Positions 59,621 through 64,000 of a DNA stretch of 64,000 bases are shown here, one piece after another. Position numbers and translations under genes: made by a program. Each line of letters starts with the position of its first letter. The stretch's first letter is position 1. A model generated the notes under the pieces. The model made no database searches and was not told the origin of the DNA. It was given only the letters and a program-made list of their open reading frames with translations. Location of the stretch: NCBI GenBank assembly GCA_965219455.1, contig OZ244744.1, forward strand, positions 3,456,001-3,520,000. Direction: 5' to 3'. Source of the DNA: Candidatus Latescibacterota bacterium. GTDB taxonomy: Bacteria > Latescibacterota > UBA2968 > GCA-2709665.

Positions 59621-60085
59621 TCATCCCGAAACCGCCTGAATCCGCTGCCACAATTCCTCTCGTTTCTCCACGGATTGGCACAGGATGAAGATCGTATTCT
59701 CTCCAGCGATCGTACCGACGACCTCGGTCCATCCGGCCCGGTCAATAGCTTCGCACACGCCCTGAGCGTGTCCGGTTATCGTCTTGAGTACGAGTGTATG
59801 TCCCGCCCCGCCCGATTCGACGACGAAATCCCTCAACTCTCTCGCGAGCAGATCCGACCGACTGCCATACGGTTGAGCATCTTCGACCGGCGCCCGATAG
59901 CGAAAACCACCCGCGCCGTCCGGCGACTTTACAATGCCCAGTTGTTTCAAATCTTTCGAGAGCGTGGATTGTGTGGTCGATATTCCCGCTGCTCTGAGCG
60001 CGTCGCTTAACGCCCGTTGGGTCCCGATTGCCCGGGATGCGATGAAGTCGAGAATCCGCCGCTGCCGTTCCTGTTTTTCACGCAT
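59621..60085 (-). CDS. argR: Arginine repressor
   Basis: TQ..L...L, TQSTLSKDLKQLGIVK, LVLKT..G.A and VGTIAGENTI. Confidence 0.93.
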   Translation of the reverse strand: MREKQERQRRILDFIASRAIGTQRALSDALRAAGISTTQSTLSKDLKQLGIVKSPDGAGGFRYRAPVEDAQPYGSRSDLLARELRDFVVESGGAGHTLVLKTITGHAQGVCEAIDRAGWTEVVGTIAGENTIFILCQSVEKREELWQRIQAVSG

Positions 60086-60164
60086 GGAATATTATTCCAT
60101 AATATCGGATTATTATTCCAATAATACCCAAAAATTAACCAGAAGTCAAGAATAAATATGCAAT
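60084..60164 (-). promoter_or_regulatory. arg operon promoter with tandem ARG-box-like operators
   Basis: TTGACT (60149-60144)-17 nt-TATTAT (60126-60121). Palindromic cores GGAATATTATTCC (60086) and GGATTATTATTCC (60107) are 21 bp apart; AGAATAAATATGCA lies next to the -35. Confidence 0.75.
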
Positions 60165-60195
60165 ATTGCGAATTCTCTGTTGTTTTTTTTCGAAC

Positions 60196-61620
60196 TCAAA
60201 TCTTCACGACCTTTCCCGGATTCATAATATTGTGCGGGTCCAGTGCTTTCTTAATCGCCCGCATCACCTTTACCCCTTCGCCATGTTCATCCTCCAGCGC
60301 TGCCAGTTTACCCATTCCGATCCCGTGTTCACCCGTACAGGTTCCACCCATCTCCAGGGCCAGATCTACGATCCGTTCGCCGAATTCACGGGCTTCGGCA
60401 AGCTCTTCGGGGCGGTTCGGGTCGATCAGAAAAACGACGTGGAAATTCCCGTCGCCTACGTGTCCGAACAGGGGCGCAATCAGTTCTGAAGCCCTCAGTT
60501 CTTCTTTGGTTTTCAAGATACAATCAGCCAGTCTTGAAACCGGAACGCACACGTCCGTCACATATCCCACCGAACCCGGCCGCATGGTCCGCGACGCGTA
60601 ATAGGCGTCGTACCGCGCCTGCCAGAGCCGGTCGCGTTCTTTTTGACCGGTCGCCCATCGGAAGTCTTCACTGCCGTACCTGCCGGCGACCCGCCTGGCC
60701 GCCGCCACGCGCTCGGCAACGGACGTTTCGGAACCGTGGAACTCGAAAAACAGGGTTGGCGCCACCCTGTAGTCAAAACCGGAATAAACGTTGATGGCAC
60801 CCATCTGGATCTCGTCCAGAAGCTCGATCCGGGCCATGGATATTCCCGCTGACATGATTTCAATCACGGTATTCACTGCCGCCGAAATGTCCGGAAACGC
60901 ACAGACTGCCGCGGATACGGCCTCAGGAACCCTTGCCAGCTTCAGAGTCACCTCCGTTATGACGCCCAGGGTGCCCTCAGATCCGACGAACAGATGCGCC
61001 AGATCGTACCCCGCGGACGATTTCCTTGCGCGTCCGCCGGCGTGAATGACACGCCCGTCAGCCAGTATGACCTTCAGTCCCAGGACATTCTCCCGCATCG
61101 TTCCGTAGCTCACCGCCGAACTGCCCGACGCTCGTGTGGCAGCCATTCCACCGAGCGATGCATCCGCTCCAGGATCCACAGGGAAGGTCAGTCCCGTCCG
61201 CGTGTCCGACAAATGCCGGTTAAGCTGCTTCCTGGTCACCCCGGACTCCACCGTTGCGTCCAGGTCTGCTTTGCCTACCCTCAAGATACGATTCATGCGG
61301 CTCATATCGATACATACGCCACCCTGGACGGCGACGATGCCGCCTTCCACTGCGGTCCCTGTCCCATACGGCACCATCGGTGTCCGGTGTTGCGCGCAAA
61401 GCCTCACAATCTGCGACACTTCTTCATTGCAGACGGGAAAGACCACCGCATCCGGCAACCTGGGCGTATGGTACGAAGCGTCCCGGGCGTGGGCTTCCCG
61501 GATTTCCTCGTCCGTATGCATCCGATCGCCCAGCATCAATCGGAGTTCCCCGATGACACCTGCCTGGTTTGGATCCGAAGATCCCCTCGCCGTCCGTCCT
61601 TCGTTCGTCATTCTTATCAA
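60196..61620 (-). CDS. FAD-linked oxidase, D-lactate dehydrogenase/GlcD family
   Basis: PDAVVFP, PVDPGADASLGGMAAT, SAGYDL..LFVGSEGTLG, GHVGDGNFH, GEHGIG and LDPHNIMNPGK. Confidence 0.92.
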   Translation of the reverse strand: MIRMTNEGRTARGSSDPNQAGVIGELRLMLGDRMHTDEEIREAHARDASYHTPRLPDAVVFPVCNEEVSQIVRLCAQHRTPMVPYGTGTAVEGGIVAVQGGVCIDMSRMNRILRVGKADLDATVESGVTRKQLNRHLSDTRTGLTFPVDPGADASLGGMAATRASGSSAVSYGTMRENVLGLKVILADGRVIHAGGRARKSSAGYDLAHLFVGSEGTLGVITEVTLKLARVPEAVSAAVCAFPDISAAVNTVIEIMSAGISMARIELLDEIQMGAINVYSGFDYRVAPTLFFEFHGSETSVAERVAAARRVAGRYGSEDFRWATGQKERDRLWQARYDAYYASRTMRPGSVGYVTDVCVPVSRLADCILKTKEELRASELIAPLFGHVGDGNFHVVFLIDPNRPEELAEAREFGERIVDLALEMGGTCTGEHGIGMGKLAALEDEHGEGVKVMRAIKKALDPHNIMNPGKVVKI

Positions 61621-64000
61621 CCTTCTATCGAGCCGCCTTCACGATTCTTCAGGTAGCGGGCCAGCCATTCCGTCATCTCCCAGAATACATGCATTACCGA
61701 TTCCCGCGCTCTGTAGCCGTGGCTCTCGTGGGGCAGCATCACCAGGCGGGTTGTCGCGCCGTGACCCTTCAGCGCGTTGTAGAGCCGCTCGCTCTGCATG
61801 GGAAACGTCCCGGAATTGTCGTCGGCGTGGCCATGGATCAACAACAGCGGCGCCCTGATTTTATCGGCGTGCATGAATGCGGACATGGCAAAATAGACCT
61901 CTGGCGCCTGCCAGAACGTGCGCTCTTCCGACTGGAAACCGAACGGCGTCAGCGTACGGTTGTACGCGCCGCTCCGGGCAATGCCCGCCCGGAACAGATC
62001 GCAATGCGCAAGTAGATTGGCAGTCATAAACCCGCCATAGGAATGGCCCCCGATCGCGATGCGGTTACGGTCTGCAACGCCCCTACGCACGACTTCCTCC
62101 ACCGCCGCCTCAGCGCTGGATACCAGCTGGGTTACGTACGAATCGTTGGCTTCCTGGCCGTCTTGTCCCACAATCGGCATGGTGGGGCCGTCCAGGACCG
62201 CATATCCCTGTGTCAACCATGGCAGGGGCGACGTCCAGGTCACAGGGGTGAATCGGTACGGAGACCCCGTCACCTGCCCGGCGGCATCGGCGCTCTTGAA
62301 CTCACGCGGATACGCCCACATCAGCAAGGGCAACGGACCCTGCCCATCGGAATACCCCGGCGGCAAATAAAGGGTGCCGTTCATGCCAATCCCGTCCGCC
62401 CGCCGGTAATGAATGATCTCCTTCCGAACCTTCGAAAGCCGTGGCGCCGGGTGGGGAAACGCCGTCAGCTGTCGGACGCCACCGGATTTCAGCGCCCGCA
62501 AAAACACGTTTGGCGGGCTTTCGGCCGACTCACGCAACGTCAACAACAGACAATCGGTTTCATTTATCAACTTGACGGGGCGTTCGTAATACGGCGGTTC
62601 GCATTGCCACAACCGCTTTGTCGCTTTCGTGTTCAGGTCGAGCCGGTCCATGAATGGGAAATCCCCGTCCGGAGATGCCCCGCCGCCCGCCAGGAAAAGA
62701 TGCCCGCCGCCATCACCCGTCAACAACACACGCCGCCCTTCGGGATTTGACTTCAACAGCGGCGTACCCGGATCTCCGTACCTGTCTTCCCACGACCGGT
62801 CGAAAAGCAACTCACGGTCAGTGGTTTCCGCATCGGGTGCAAACCGCCAGGTCCTCGTCCGGCGGGTCTTCCACCACCGCTCGGTTACCAGCGCCGTCGC
62901 GCCGTCTCCCCAGGTCAACCCGGCGTACCGAAATTCAAGAGACTGCAACAACGCCGGTGCGCCCTCAAAAGGCTCGGATAGCGCGTACACGCGATCCCTC
63001 ACGTCGGTCGCTACGGACGGGTCGCCGCCATCCTGCGCCTCCACCCAGCACACCGTCGCCTCCGCGTCATCGCGCCACCGGAACGAGCGCGGGCCCTCGG
63101 GTACGGCGTCAAACGCGACGGGTACATTTTCCGCCAGGGGGGCATCGACCAGTTCGCGAACGACCCGGCCAACCCTATCCCGGACTTCAACCCGAACGGG
63201 AAACCGATAGTGCGGCACCAGATAGGAAAACGGCCGGTGGAGGGTCTCCACCAGTAGAAAGGCGCCTCCCGGCGCCGGCTCGGCCCGGCGAATGGTTCCC
63301 GGCGCGCCCACCTCCCGTTCGGTTCCATCCGAAGTGATTACAACGAGCCGGGACGCCGCATAGGTTTCGAAGAGCGCTTCGTCGTGCGCCCCTTTCAACA
63401 GATCCTGATAGGTCCGCGACGGCGCCAACTGCCCCGCATTCTCCCGTATCTCCGGCCCGACGGGAAACGCAGGCGCCACGGGAATTTCACCCGGGTCTTC
63501 CAACACCGCCCGGACGATCAGCGAACCGACGTCCCCCCTTCCCTGTCCGGAGGGTATCCAGGCGAACGGCGCGCCGAAGACCCCGTTTAAACGGATGTCC
63601 GATACCCGCCGCGACACCCCGGAATCCACGTTGGCCAGCCACAGCCTGATCCCGCAGCCGTCGCGGACCCCAAAGGCGAAAGAACCACCGTCCGGCGCCC
63701 ATCGCGGCCATGCAATCCGGGTCTCCGGCGGCAGACCCGTCACAGGGCGCTGCAATCCATCGGAAATCCGTACCAGCGTCAGTCCCGTATAGTACCCCGA
63801 CCGGCTCAGCCCGTTGGCGCCGGGGTCGATACGCAGGCCCGCCAGGCGCAACTCCGGCCGGGCCAATTCAGAGATGGGCGGCAGGCTCGGCTTCGTGAGC
63901 ACGAGCATCCACCGCCCACCGGGGTCAACGCTGATATCCGGTGATGTTGGCGCGTCCAGAATCGCCGCAATCTCGCCCGGCGGCAACCGGTATTCGGGCG
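61617..64000 (-). CDS. S9 (prolyl oligopeptidase-like) peptidase, 5' end outside the window
   Basis: GGHSYGGFM, ARSGAYNRTLTPFGFQ, HG..DDNSGT and ESHGY; the frame stays open to the window edge. Confidence 0.92.
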   Translation of the reverse strand, partial: PEYRLPPGEIAAILDAPTSPDISVDPGGRWMLVLTKPSLPPISELARPELRLAGLRIDPGANGLSRSGYYTGLTLVRISDGLQRPVTGLPPETRIAWPRWAPDGGSFAFGVRDGCGIRLWLANVDSGVSRRVSDIRLNGVFGAPFAWIPSGQGRGDVGSLIVRAVLEDPGEIPVAPAFPVGPEIRENAGQLAPSRTYQDLLKGAHDEALFETYAASRLVVITSDGTEREVGAPGTIRRAEPAPGGAFLLVETLHRPFSYLVPHYRFPVRVEVRDRVGRVVRELVDAPLAENVPVAFDAVPEGPRSFRWRDDAEATVCWVEAQDGGDPSVATDVRDRVYALSEPFEGAPALLQSLEFRYAGLTWGDGATALVTERWWKTRRTRTWRFAPDAETTDRELLFDRSWEDRYGDPGTPLLKSNPEGRRVLLTGDGGGHLFLAGGGASPDGDFPFMDRLDLNTKATKRLWQCEPPYYERPVKLINETDCLLLTLRESAESPPNVFLRALKSGGVRQLTAFPHPAPRLSKVRKEIIHYRRADGIGMNGTLYLPPGYSDGQGPLPLLMWAYPREFKSADAAGQVTGSPYRFTPVTWTSPLPWLTQGYAVLDGPTMPIVGQDGQEANDSYVTQLVSSAEAAVEEVVRRGVADRNRIAIGGHSYGGFMTANLLAHCDLFRAGIARSGAYNRTLTPFGFQSEERTFWQAPEVYFAMSAFMHADKIRAPLLLIHGHADDNSGTFPMQSERLYNALKGHGATTRLVMLPHESHGYRARESVMHVFWEMTEWLARYLKNREGGSIEG

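Noticed and set aside
1-64000. CRISPR array, rRNA or integron cassette array
   Set aside because: I saw no regularly spaced repeats, cas genes, rRNA-like sequence or convincing attC sites.

Overview
GC-rich bacterial chromosomal window. LptD, the GWxTD/TPR proteins and a MoxR-DUF58 cluster suggest a diderm FCB-group-like organism (inference only). Housekeeping content: lysA, tRNA-Leu(TAG), lptD-dtd-maf-rodZ-priA, a flippase, a DUF4159/TPR/MoxR/DUF58 operon, and an argR-C-B-D-G-H operon with a frameshifted argC. A ~12.5 kb accessory, defence-like island (25.0-37.1 kb) has three parts: (i) a four-gene unit of ABC/AAA ATPase, DUF4276-like TOPRIM protein, Zn-finger/DUF559-nuclease/RecQ-helicase fusion and coiled-coil protein, the best candidate here for an undescribed system; (ii) a complete IS1380 with a CTAA target duplication; (iii) a three-gene Lamassu/ABC-3C system. 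Reading the DNA directly also shows: a transposase-less 2.2 kb element with 26-bp terminal inverted repeats and an 8-bp target duplication, inserted in a terminator and carrying an internal deletion scar; two copies of a MITE, one invaded by an inverted pair of REP-like hairpins; a decayed third GWxTD gene; and a possibly inactivated primase-like gene coupled to argH. All family assignments come from recognising motifs by eye, not from database searches.
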